A stretch of DNA of 64,000 nucleotides. Source: an uncultured Bacteroidales bacterium (GTDB lineage: Bacteria; Bacteroidota; Bacteroidia; Bacteroidales; Bacteroidaceae). The position numbers and the translations under genes are program-made. The stretch lies in contig CACXUA010000001.1 of NCBI GenBank assembly GCA_902770725.1, positions 300-64,299 on the forward strand, read 5' to 3'. Every line of letters begins with the position of its first letter. The first letter of the stretch is position 1. Below are positions 15,392-23,609 of this stretch, piece after piece. Below the pieces are notes generated by a model, which saw only the letters and a list, made by a program, of their open reading frames with translations, was not told the DNA's origin and ran no database searches.

Positions 15392-16867
15392 ATGAAACGA
15401 ATAGTATTTTCATTTCTTCATTTCTTCATTTTTTCATTATTCATCGCTGCCCAGAAGAATGCTCCTGAACCTATCGGACCGTTGCCCTTGCTACAACAGG
15501 TTGAGTGGCAGAAGATGGAGACCTATGCCTTCATCCATTATGGCCTGAACACCTTTACCGACAAGGAATGGGGTTATGGCGATGCCGACCCCAAGACGTT
15601 CAACCCCTCGCGAATGGACGTAGAGCAATGGGTGCGGACGTTCAAGCAGGCTGGCATGAAGGGCGTCATCATCGTGGCCAAGCATCACGACGGCTTCGCC
15701 ATGTGGCCTTCGCCCCTAACCGAATACAACATCACGAAGTCTTCCTACGACGGACCGAAGAATAAAGATGGCAAGGTCGATGTGCTGGCCGAACTGCGAA
15801 AGGCGTGCGACAAGTACGGACTCAAGATGGGTATCTACCTCTCCCCGTGGGACAGGAATCATGCTGAGTACGGACGGCAGGCTTATGTCGATTACTATCA
15901 CAAGCAACTTGAGCAGCTGACGACGGAGTACGGGCCCCTCTTCGAGGTGTGGCTCGACGGAGCGAATGGTGGCGACGGCTACTATGGCGGGGCGCGAGAG
16001 ACGCGCAAGATTGACCGCCGCAACTACTACAACTTCCCCAAGATTCACTCCATCATTCAGAAGAACCAGCCGCAGGCCATCATCTTTAGCGACGGAGGTC
16101 CTGGCTGCCGTTGGGTTGGCAACGAGCGAGGCCAAGCGGGGACAACCAACTGGTCCTTCCTTCGAGGGAAAGAAGTCTATCCAGGCTACCCTCGTGGCAA
16201 GGAACTGGGCACAGGTCATCCTGATGGAGACACTTGGATAGCAGCAGAGTGTGACGTTTCCATCCGTCCGGGCTGGTTCTATCATCCCGAAGAGGACAGC
16301 AAGGTGAAGACGCCCGAACAACTCGTTGACATCTATTACAAGTCTGTCGGAAGGAATGCGACCTTGTTGCTGAACTTCCCTATTGACCGTGAGGGTAGGG
16401 TGAATGCAATTGATAGTGCCAACGCAGTTCGCTTCCGTCAGATTATCGACGAGGACTTGAAGACAAACCTTCTCAAGAAAGCCAAAGTCACGGCCAGCTG
16501 TGAGCGCGGCAAGAAGTTTAGTGTGAGGAAGTTGAACGATGGCAAGTGGGACACTTACTGGGCAACTCCAGACGGCATAGAGGTGAGTTCCGTTACCTTT
16601 TCATTCAGCAAACCTACCAAGGTGAACAGACTCCTTTTGCAAGAGTATATTCCTTTGGGACAGAGGGTGAAATGGTTTGTCGCAGAAGTCCTTGTGGATG
16701 GCGAGTGGAAACAGCTAGATGCGGGCGAGGAGACCACCACCATCGGCTACAAACGCATCCTGCGCTTCCCCACCGTCGAGACAACCTCCATCCGCATTAC
16801 CTTCTTTGAAGGACGAGGTCCTCTCTGCATCAATAACATCGAGGCATATTTTGCGAAGGAAAACTAG
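15392..16867 (+). CDS. alpha-L-fucosidase (GH29) with C-terminal discoidin-like domain
   Basis: Motifs FIHYGLNTFTDKEWGYG, VAKHHDGFAMWPS and FEVWLDGANG. The C-terminus has a KLNDGKWDTYW...INNIEAY F5/8-type module. Confidence 0.88.
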   Translation: MKRIVFSFLHFFIFSLFIAAQKNAPEPIGPLPLLQQVEWQKMETYAFIHYGLNTFTDKEWGYGDADPKTFNPSRMDVEQWVRTFKQAGMKGVIIVAKHHDGFAMWPSPLTEYNITKSSYDGPKNKDGKVDVLAELRKACDKYGLKMGIYLSPWDRNHAEYGRQAYVDYYHKQLEQLTTEYGPLFEVWLDGANGGDGYYGGARETRKIDRRNYYNFPKIHSIIQKNQPQAIIFSDGGPGCRWVGNERGQAGTTNWSFLRGKEVYPGYPRGKELGTGHPDGDTWIAAECDVSIRPGWFYHPEEDSKVKTPEQLVDIYYKSVGRNATLLLNFPIDREGRVNAIDSANAVRFRQIIDEDLKTNLLKKAKVTASCERGKKFSVRKLNDGKWDTYWATPDGIEVSSVTFSFSKPTKVNRLLLQEYIPLGQRVKWFVAEVLVDGEWKQLDAGEETTTIGYKRILRFPTVETTSIRITFFEGRGPLCINNIEAYFAKEN

Positions 16868-16960
16868 GCGTGCCAAGTTGGCTAACTTAACGTGCCAACT
16901 TTACAAACTTAACGTGCCAAGTTGGCCAACTTAACGTGTGTCGTTTGCAGACGTAACACG
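16868..16960. repeat. ACGT-box REP-like cluster, family copy C
   Basis: The sequence reads CGTGCCAAGTTGGCTAACTTAACGTGCCAACTTTACAAACTTAACGTGCCAAGTTGGCCAACTTAACGTGTGTCGTTTGCAGACGTAACACG. Confidence 0.9.
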
Positions 16961-17009
16961 AAATCTTATCGTTTGACTATAAAAACAGACAGATTTATTT
17001 TGTACTGTA

Positions 17010-17120
17010 CGTGCTTATTCGTACCTTTGACTTTGTCGAAAGTACTTTCGCTCGGAAATAAAAAGAAAAACTTCTGTTTTCCTTTTGTACTTCGCTCGAT
17101 TATTTGTACCTTTGCACCCG
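17010..17120 (+). repeat. 112-bp double-promoter repeat element, copy 1 (two TACCTTTG boxes 85 bp apart)
   Basis: About 85 percent identical to the reverse complement of 27115-27226. The -7 boxes are at 17022-17029 and 17107-17114, with an internal palindrome CGAAAGTACTTTCG. The proximal box is 29 nt upstream of ATG 17143. Confidence 0.9.
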
Positions 17121-17142
17121 AAAAACAATTATATCAGGATAA

Positions 17143-17631
17143 ATGAAAAGACAGGTACTCTTATTGATTGTAACTTTTGCCTTCTCCATACATTATGTTC
17201 AGGCTCAGTTGCCGACCATCACCTTGAAGACGATGAACGGCGTTGAAGTGCGTACAGACACCCTTTCGAACGAAGGCAAACCCTTCATCATCGACTTTTT
17301 CGCTATTTGGTGTAAGCCTTGCAATCGCGAGTTGGACGCTATCAGCGAGGTCTACGAGGAGTGGCAGGAAGAGACTGGCGTAAAGATTTTTGCCGTGAGT
17401 ATCGATCAGGCACAAAACATCAACAAGGTGAAACCTTTGGTGAGCAATCACGGTTGGGAGTACGAGGTCTTGCTCGATCCGAACAGCGACTTCCTTCGTG
17501 CTGTTGGAGGTCAGATGATTCCCTACACACTCATTGTTGATGGGAAGGGCAAAGTCGTGTATAAGCATAGCGGTTATACAGACGGAGCCGAAACGGAACT
17601 GATTGAGAAAGTGCGTGAGTTGCTGAAGTGA
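17143..17631 (+). CDS. TlpA-family thiol-disulfide oxidoreductase (thioredoxin fold)
   Basis: Signal peptide and FFAIWCKPCNREL (CxxC), 162 aa. Confidence 0.85.
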   Translation: MKRQVLLLIVTFAFSIHYVQAQLPTITLKTMNGVEVRTDTLSNEGKPFIIDFFAIWCKPCNRELDAISEVYEEWQEETGVKIFAVSIDQAQNINKVKPLVSNHGWEYEVLLDPNSDFLRAVGGQMIPYTLIVDGKGKVVYKHSGYTDGAETELIEKVRELLK

Positions 17632-19280
17632 TGAAAAGACTTCTGGCATATCTTTCATTGTGTCTGTGCTTCCTTCCCACAAGTGCTTGGGAGCGGAAGG
17701 GCGTGTCTCTTTCTGGCAGCATACAGAGCGATATGCTTGTTCCTCGAAACGATAGCGGAACAGGTGCTGAGAAGACTGGCAGTTTCCTCAACAACACCTA
17801 TGCCGACCTGTTGATGCAAAGTAAGTATCTCGATGCAGGAGTTCGACTGGAGTTCCTCGAGTATCCTTTGCCAGGCTTTGAGAAAGATTTCGAGGGCTGG
17901 GGTGTGCCTCACTTCTGGATGAAGGGTAAGTTTGGCAAGGTGGAACTGACTGCAGGCACTTTTTACGAGCAGTTCGGTTCAGGTTTTATCCTTAGAACTT
18001 ACGAGGAGCGTTCCCTTGGCATCGACAACTCCCTGCTTGGAGGCCGGGTTGTGGTGAAGCCTTTCACGGGTGTCACATTGAAAGCACTTACAGGTGTCCA
18101 GCGCCGTTATTGGGATTGGAACGAGCCGCTCATAAGTGGAGCAGATGCCGAAATCGGTCTCGAAGAGTTCATTCCCTCGTTGAAAAAGAAAGATGTTGGC
18201 ATCATACTTGGCGGTTCGTGGGTAAACAAGTATGAGAAGGTTGACGAAAAGATTTACGCTTCTCCTATCTATCGCTACCGTTTTCCGAAGTTTGTGAATG
18301 CCTGGGATGTAAGGATGAGCTTTAACAAGGGTGCGTGGAACGTGCTGGCAGAGTATGCGCAGAAGAGTGCAGATCCGTCTTTCGCGAATCAATACATCTA
18401 CAAGAAAGGCTCGGCAGTCATGCTTTCCGGTTCTTATTCCGAGAAAGGACTGAGCATCCTTTTGCAGGCAAAGAGGTCGGAGAACATGTCGTTCAAGAGC
18501 ACGAGTGAAGTTTCGAAAGCCATCGGAATATCGTCTGCCATCAATCATTTGCCAGCCTTCACACAAGACCAGACCTACGCTTTGGCAGCCCTCTATCCAT
18601 ACGCCACGCAGCTTGCAGAGGGGGAATGGGCTTATCAGGCAGAGGTGGGCTATAACTTCAGGAAGAAGACTTTGCTGGGAGGAAAGTATGGCATGAATGT
18701 GAAGGCCAACCTCTCATATGTCCGTGCCATCGACAGGCAGTTCTTCGATACGGATGACCTTGTGCAGAAGACGAATGGCGACACGTCGAAGTTCTTCAAG
18801 TGGGGAGACGAAACGTACTACAGAAGCTTCGATCTCACATTGACTCGCAAGCTGTCCAAGGCGTTCAAACTCAGTCTGATGTATGTCAACCAGCAGTACA
18901 ACAAGACCGTTGTCGAGGGACATGGAGGTACAGTCCATACCAACATCTATATCGCAGATGGCAAGTACCAGTTCTCTCCAAAAGTGACTTTGAGAGGCGA
19001 ACTGCAGTACTTGACCACCAAACAGGATCAAGGCGATTGGGCATTCGGTTTGCTTGAGCTCTCGTTGGCTCCGCATTGGATGTTCACTGTGAGCGATATG
19101 TGGAACTGTGGCGAGACAGACCTGCACTACTATCAGGGACTCGTGACCTACAACATCGGCCAACATCGCATACAAGGCGGTTATGGACGAACTAGAGCAG
19201 GCTATAACTGCTCTGGAGGCGTTTGCCGCTATGTGCCAGCCTCTACTGGATGGACACTTTCGTACAACTATAACTTCTGA
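17631..19280 (+). CDS. putative outer-membrane beta-barrel protein (DUF6029-like)
   Basis: Signal peptide, alternating beta-strand pattern and the C-terminal aromatic end SYNYNF. The start overlaps the tlpA stop (TGATG). Confidence 0.65.
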   Translation: MKRLLAYLSLCLCFLPTSAWERKGVSLSGSIQSDMLVPRNDSGTGAEKTGSFLNNTYADLLMQSKYLDAGVRLEFLEYPLPGFEKDFEGWGVPHFWMKGKFGKVELTAGTFYEQFGSGFILRTYEERSLGIDNSLLGGRVVVKPFTGVTLKALTGVQRRYWDWNEPLISGADAEIGLEEFIPSLKKKDVGIILGGSWVNKYEKVDEKIYASPIYRYRFPKFVNAWDVRMSFNKGAWNVLAEYAQKSADPSFANQYIYKKGSAVMLSGSYSEKGLSILLQAKRSENMSFKSTSEVSKAIGISSAINHLPAFTQDQTYALAALYPYATQLAEGEWAYQAEVGYNFRKKTLLGGKYGMNVKANLSYVRAIDRQFFDTDDLVQKTNGDTSKFFKWGDETYYRSFDLTLTRKLSKAFKLSLMYVNQQYNKTVVEGHGGTVHTNIYIADGKYQFSPKVTLRGELQYLTTKQDQGDWAFGLLELSLAPHWMFTVSDMWNCGETDLHYYQGLVTYNIGQHRIQGGYGRTRAGYNCSGGVCRYVPASTGWTLSYNYNF

Positions 19281-19293
19281 AAAAAGACAAGAG

Positions 19294-20061
19294 ATGCCAG
19301 GACGATATACATATTTAGTTAGTTGCTTCTGCCTGATGCTGGCTGGTTGTGACCATATTTCAGAACCAGACCGACTGATTTATGAGAAGCCTGAGCCAGC
19401 CCAACGTGTTGTACTTCTCGAGGACTTCACAGGGCAGAGATGCACGAACTGTCCGAAAGCAACAGAGGTCATCGAGCAATTGCAGGAGACTTATGGCGAC
19501 GCATTGGTGGCTGTCGGCATTCATGGAGGGCCTCTTGGCTTTGCAGGCAATGCTAGAATCGAAGGGCTTGCCACAGAGACAGGCAACGAATACTACAACC
19601 ACTGGAACCTCGAATACCAGCCAGTCGGACTGGTCAACAGGCACAATCCTGTCAATTATCCTGAATGGGCTGCTGCTGTAAAAGAGGAGTTGGCCAAACC
19701 GGCTCCTTTGCGTTTGAGCGGCACCACTTTCACGGAAGGCAATGTCATCACGATCCGGCTCAATGTTGAAGGTACTGACGGAACCGTTACAGGCAAGTTG
19801 CAGGTCTGGCTTCTCGAGGATGGCATCCAGACGCTTCAGCTCATGCCAGACGGCACAGCCAATCAAGAGTATGTCCACAATCATGTGTTCCGTACGGCAG
19901 TCAATGGCATTTGGGGTGAAGACTTCAGCATCGGTGAAGGGGAGAAGGTGGAGCGAACATTTACTCAGGCTTTGGAACCGACTTGGAACAGGGATAAACT
20001 GAGTGTTGTCGCCTTCGTCTATAACAATAACGGCGTTCAGCAAGCCGTCAGGATAAACTAG
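19294..20061 (+). CDS. Omp28-related lipoprotein with thioredoxin-like CxxC
   Basis: Lipobox LMLAGC and the motif LEDFTGQRCTNCP. The ORF-track start at 19183 lies inside the previous gene, so ATG 19294 is preferred. Confidence 0.7.
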   Translation: MPGRYTYLVSCFCLMLAGCDHISEPDRLIYEKPEPAQRVVLLEDFTGQRCTNCPKATEVIEQLQETYGDALVAVGIHGGPLGFAGNARIEGLATETGNEYYNHWNLEYQPVGLVNRHNPVNYPEWAAAVKEELAKPAPLRLSGTTFTEGNVITIRLNVEGTDGTVTGKLQVWLLEDGIQTLQLMPDGTANQEYVHNHVFRTAVNGIWGEDFSIGEGEKVERTFTQALEPTWNRDKLSVVAFVYNNNGVQQAVRIN

Positions 20062-20070
20062 AAAATCAAG

Positions 20071-20664
20071 ATGTCTATGAGAAAAATAATTACATTAATC
20101 ATCACACTCTTGGCAGTCCTCTCCATACAGGCACAGAGTTTTGTGTTCCTGTTTCAGGGAGAAGACCTGGCCGATGGAGAGACCGTCATCATACCTGCCG
20201 AAGAAGATTTGTTCGGAGACTTGTCGTGCGAAACCAGCAGTCTGGCAATGAGACTGCTGAGAGGTAATACAGCCTCTGTGACTGCGACCTTGGAGATAAC
20301 GTACAACACCCTGAACGCAACTACCCTTCAATGGTGTATGGGAGGCAATTGCCAGGTATTCGAGACTTCACTCACCAAGCGTTTTACGATGGGTCTCAGC
20401 GAGCAAGTGCAGTTCGATGCAATTGGCATTCAGAGCGAGGGCTACCTCACGGCAAAGCTGAGAGTTACGGTCGGAATTGAGTCGCACCAAGTGAACATCA
20501 TGTTTGTCAATGGCGACGTAGATGGCATCAAGCCACTTTCCCAAAGAACAAACGAAGCGAGAGCCGTCTATGACCTTCATGGCAGACGTGTGGAGGGTCG
20601 TTTGCCAGCAGGCATGTATATCGTGGCAGAAGGGGATAGCATCCGTAAAGAGACAATTAAATGA
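20071..20664 (+). CDS. small secreted protein with T9SS C-terminal sorting domain
   Basis: Signal peptide and the C-terminus AVYDLHGRRVEGRLPAGMYIVAEGDSIRKETIK. The internal segment WCMGGNC carries a Cys pair. Confidence 0.65.
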   Translation: MSMRKIITLIITLLAVLSIQAQSFVFLFQGEDLADGETVIIPAEEDLFGDLSCETSSLAMRLLRGNTASVTATLEITYNTLNATTLQWCMGGNCQVFETSLTKRFTMGLSEQVQFDAIGIQSEGYLTAKLRVTVGIESHQVNIMFVNGDVDGIKPLSQRTNEARAVYDLHGRRVEGRLPAGMYIVAEGDSIRKETIK

Positions 20665-20695
20665 CAATTTTGCATAACTAAACAACAATAACAAG

Positions 20696-22528
20696 ATGGT
20701 AAAAAGATTACTTACTTTGACTGCCGTCCTCGTATTGGCGGTAAGTGCACAGGCAGAAATCATCGAACCTGAGGAGAATCAGGTATGGTGGGGTTACTTC
20801 AGCGAAAGTGACTTTAGCACAGGTGACAATCTCATCGGCACTGGGTCGGCGATGGCCCTGATGACAGGCATTTACGTTCCTGCTAACCACGATAATCTGC
20901 AGGGAGCCACCATCAAGGCTATTCGTGTGTATTTCGATGGAAGTGTCATATCGTCCCTCAGCAATTTGAAGGTATGGATTTCCAAGAAGCTCCCCAGTAA
21001 TGTGGACGATGCGGACTATGTTCAGAATGTCAAGGCTATCTTAACTGCCGATGCTAACGATGTCATTCTGAATATTCCCTACGAGATAGGCAGCGAGGCT
21101 TTCTACGTCGGATACTATGTTAACAGTTCTACGGGCTATTTCGTCAGGTGTGGCGGCACAGATACAGCCAATTCCTTCTGGATTGGTAATCCTGCCTCGA
21201 ACATGGGTTGGACAGACCTCAACGGCAACGGCTTTGGCAAACTTGCTTTCCAGATTCTTGTTGAGGGAGGCAACTTCAACAATTATGCTGCGACGGCAGC
21301 GGATTTCGGACCGAGTTATATGGTTCAGGGAGAGGAATCCACGGTGCCCATCACCATCACCAACATGGGCAAGGAAGCCATCACCTCCATTTCCTACACG
21401 ATTGCCACTGAAGGTGGTGACGTCACTCCCGAGGAAACGCTTTCTGTAGGAAATCTGGCCTTCAACAGTTCCAAGGTCATCGATGTGCCCTTCCCTGCCG
21501 ACGAGGAAGCCAGAAAGTACAAGAAGACGTTCACCATAACGAAGGTTAACGGAGAAGAGAATGAGGCGCAGGACAATAGTGCCGAAGGCGAAGTGATCAC
21601 CCTGACAGAGAGATTCACCTTGAAGCCCGTCATCGAGGAGTTCACCGGCACTTGGTGCGGATGGTGTCCCAGAGGTATGGTCGGAATGGAGAAGATACAC
21701 GAACTCTATGGCGACCAGGTGGTACAGATTGCTGTGCATTCCGGCAATGGCGACCCCATGGAAATCAGTGCCTACAGTTCTGTCGTCAATGACTACGTAG
21801 ACGGTTTCCCATCTTCTATGACAAACCGCCTATACTATTCCGATCCGTCATTCTCTAATTTGAAGAGTGTCTTGTCTGCTGTTTTCAAGAGAATAACGCC
21901 AGCCTCCATCGAACTGTCTGCCGAATGGAAAACAGCCGAGCAGAAAGCCGTCATCTTCAACACGAAGACCAAATTCGGCTACAGCGACGAGAAGACCAAG
22001 TTCGCGATAGGTTTCGTCCTGACAGAAGACGGACTGACGGGAACAACCACCAAATGGGCCCAGACGAACTACTATAGCGGCGTGAGCACCTCCCAGGCCG
22101 GTACGGAAATGGCTTGGTGGTGTAAGCAAGGCTCTTCTGTCAAAGGCATCGAATACAACCATGTAGCCGTAGCGGGATGGACCGTTAAGAGCGGCCTGAC
22201 CAACTCCGTCAATGCAACAATCGATGCGGGAAAAGAGCAAGAGTACACCTATACGGCCACCATCCCCAGCGCCTCGCTGTCTCTCATTCAGGACAAGACG
22301 AAGCTGAAAGCCATCGCCCTGCTCATCGACCGCACAGACGGCACAATCGTCAATGCCGCACAGACAACCATTGCAGAAGATGCAACAGCCATCGGCTCCG
22401 TATCGTCTCAGGACGAAGTGCCGGCAACCTTCTACTCCATTGATGGTCGCAAGCTCACCAATGCGGAGAAGGGCATCAACATCATCCGCATGACCGACGG
22501 CACCGTGAAAAAGGTCTTGGTTAAGTAA
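20696..22528 (+). CDS. Omp28-related thioredoxin-fold protein with T9SS C-terminal sorting domain
   Basis: Signal peptide and EEFTGTWCGWCPRG (CxxC). The C-terminus TFYSIDGRKLTNAEKGINIIRMTDGTVKKVLVK is nearly identical in pattern to the CTD of the LRR protein. Confidence 0.75.
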   Translation: MVKRLLTLTAVLVLAVSAQAEIIEPEENQVWWGYFSESDFSTGDNLIGTGSAMALMTGIYVPANHDNLQGATIKAIRVYFDGSVISSLSNLKVWISKKLPSNVDDADYVQNVKAILTADANDVILNIPYEIGSEAFYVGYYVNSSTGYFVRCGGTDTANSFWIGNPASNMGWTDLNGNGFGKLAFQILVEGGNFNNYAATAADFGPSYMVQGEESTVPITITNMGKEAITSISYTIATEGGDVTPEETLSVGNLAFNSSKVIDVPFPADEEARKYKKTFTITKVNGEENEAQDNSAEGEVITLTERFTLKPVIEEFTGTWCGWCPRGMVGMEKIHELYGDQVVQIAVHSGNGDPMEISAYSSVVNDYVDGFPSSMTNRLYYSDPSFSNLKSVLSAVFKRITPASIELSAEWKTAEQKAVIFNTKTKFGYSDEKTKFAIGFVLTEDGLTGTTTKWAQTNYYSGVSTSQAGTEMAWWCKQGSSVKGIEYNHVAVAGWTVKSGLTNSVNATIDAGKEQEYTYTATIPSASLSLIQDKTKLKAIALLIDRTDGTIVNAAQTTIAEDATAIGSVSSQDEVPATFYSIDGRKLTNAEKGINIIRMTDGTVKKVLVK

Positions 22529-22611
22529 GCGCAGAGCCAAACTTGTTTGAGCTATGCCGCACGTGAAAGAGCTCGAACGAAGTTCAAGGTCTTGGTTAAG
22601 TAAGCGCAGAG
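22511..22611. repeat. perfect 26-bp direct repeat (22511-22536 and 22586-22611) duplicating the last 5 codons plus stop of the T9SS gene
   Basis: The sequence aaggtcttggttaagtaagcgcagag occurs twice, 75 bp apart. Confidence 0.95.
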
Positions 22612-22714
22612 TGGGATTTAGCTTGACCTGATTGTTTCAGTAAGTCAAAGAGATTTGGGATAGGGATGCGCCGCTGCGTGTCCCTATTTCATATATAGTG
22701 TGCCGTGATGAGAA

Positions 22715-22780
22715 TCTTAACGTGTTACGCTGGCCATCATAACGTGTGTCGTTTCGCATCGTCACGTGTGTCATCCGGAT
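22715..22780. repeat. ACGT-box REP-like cluster, family copy D
   Basis: The region reads CTTAACGTGTTACG...CATAACGTGTGTCGTTTCGCATCGTCACGTGTGTCATCC. It shares AACGTGTGTCGTTT with copy C. Confidence 0.8.
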
Positions 22781-22814
22781 TGACAATGCAAATTTACGAC
22801 ATTCTAAACTGGCG

Positions 22815-22851
22815 TTGTCTATCTTTGTCTAACATTGTCTATTATTGTCTA
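22815..22851. repeat. four TTGTCTA words at an exact 10-bp period
   Basis: TTGTCTA starts at 22815, 22825, 22835 and 22845, with a degenerate fifth copy at about 22855. The array lies 40-80 bp upstream of the DUF4248 -7 box. Confidence 0.95.
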
Positions 22852-22893
22852 TTATTTGTTGTGTAGGTCTTGGAAATGTCAAGATTTTTTTCG

Positions 22894-22901
22894 TAACTTT
22901 G
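22894..22901 (+). promoter_or_regulatory. -7 box TAACTTTG for the DUF4248-like gene
   Basis: TAnnTTTG match 19 nt upstream of ATG 22920. Confidence 0.6.
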
Positions 22902-22919
22902 CAGTAAAATAAAAGACCT

Positions 22920-23111
22920 ATGAAAACTGCATACAAATACGAACTGGCCGATGCTGTCGGTGTGAACTACAGGACGTTTCAGCGATGGCTGAGCAGTAAT
23001 AAAAATAGACTGATGGAACTGGGCGTATCTCCTCGGGGGCAGTTGCTGCCGCCAAGGGTGGTGGAATGGATTTGCCAGCAATATGGAATTGACTACCCTG
23101 AAGTAGCGTAA
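22920..23111 (+). CDS. DUF4248-like small protein (63 aa)
   Basis: MKTAYKYELADAVGVNYRTFQRWLSSNKNRLMELGVSPRGQLLPPRVVEWICQQYGIDYPE matches my memory of the Bacteroidales DUF4248 pattern. The gene has its own promoter box. Confidence 0.6.
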   Translation: MKTAYKYELADAVGVNYRTFQRWLSSNKNRLMELGVSPRGQLLPPRVVEWICQQYGIDYPEVA

Positions 23112-23301
23112 AGCGTATCTGATACGAAAAAAGGGATACGGATATAGGAATTTGAGGTCTATTATTATATAATATAATAATAGAAGTTCATTCCCGAGGG
23201 GGTATCATATTTCGCGTAAATGATACATGATACGCTGCTGCCAAAGCGTCTCCCGAACGGCGGTTCAGGAAAATAGTAGCGTAAAGCGTATCTGATACGA
23301 A
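23102..23301. repeat. perfect 27-bp direct repeat (23102-23128 and 23275-23301) duplicating the last codons plus stop of the DUF4248-like gene
   Basis: The sequence agtagcgtaaagcgtatctgatacgaa occurs twice, 173 bp apart. The enclosed segment contains a perfect 25-nt AT palindrome at 23159-23183. Confidence 0.95.
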
Positions 23302-23411
23302 CAATGTGTAACCCCCCACTCAGTCAGCAGTTCTCTCCAAGGGACTGCCGCTTTAATTTTCAGCAAATGTATTGCAGTTTCCACAAATAATCGTAACTCC
23401 AACACCCCTAT

Positions 23412-23447
23412 CCCCGTTACAGGTCTTTCTGCAGCGGGGATTTTTGT
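23412..23447 (+). terminator. candidate intrinsic terminator (plus strand)
   Basis: Stem CCCCGTTACAG / CTGCAGCGGGG (one mismatch, one wobble) with a 6-nt loop, followed by ATTTTTGT. Confidence 0.5.
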
Positions 23448-23560
23448 ATCTGATCATGCCAAAGGAGGACAAAGGGGGAGCCATTTTGTCCACCCTTGGA
23501 GGAAACCAACGGATGGAACGAGAAACACAGTCATTAGTCATTATGGACTTTTCGACTGAT

Positions 23561-23594
23561 ACAAGAAAAGCACCCTCCCATTTTGGGAGAGTGC
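23561..23594 (-). terminator. intrinsic terminator of tRNA-Leu
   Basis: On the minus strand the stem GCACTCTCCC / GGGAGGGTGC has a 4-nt loop and is followed by TTTTCTTGT. It starts 16 nt after the tRNA 3' end. Confidence 0.75.
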
Positions 23595-23609
23595 TCTTCT
23601 CTTTGCTTG

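Noticed and set aside
22540-23609. Integrated mobile element at the 3' end of tRNA-Leu.
   Set aside because: I could find no integrase or recombinase, no phage or conjugation genes, and no direct repeat of the tRNA 3' end. Only the short end-duplications reported as findings remain, so at most this is a decayed relic.
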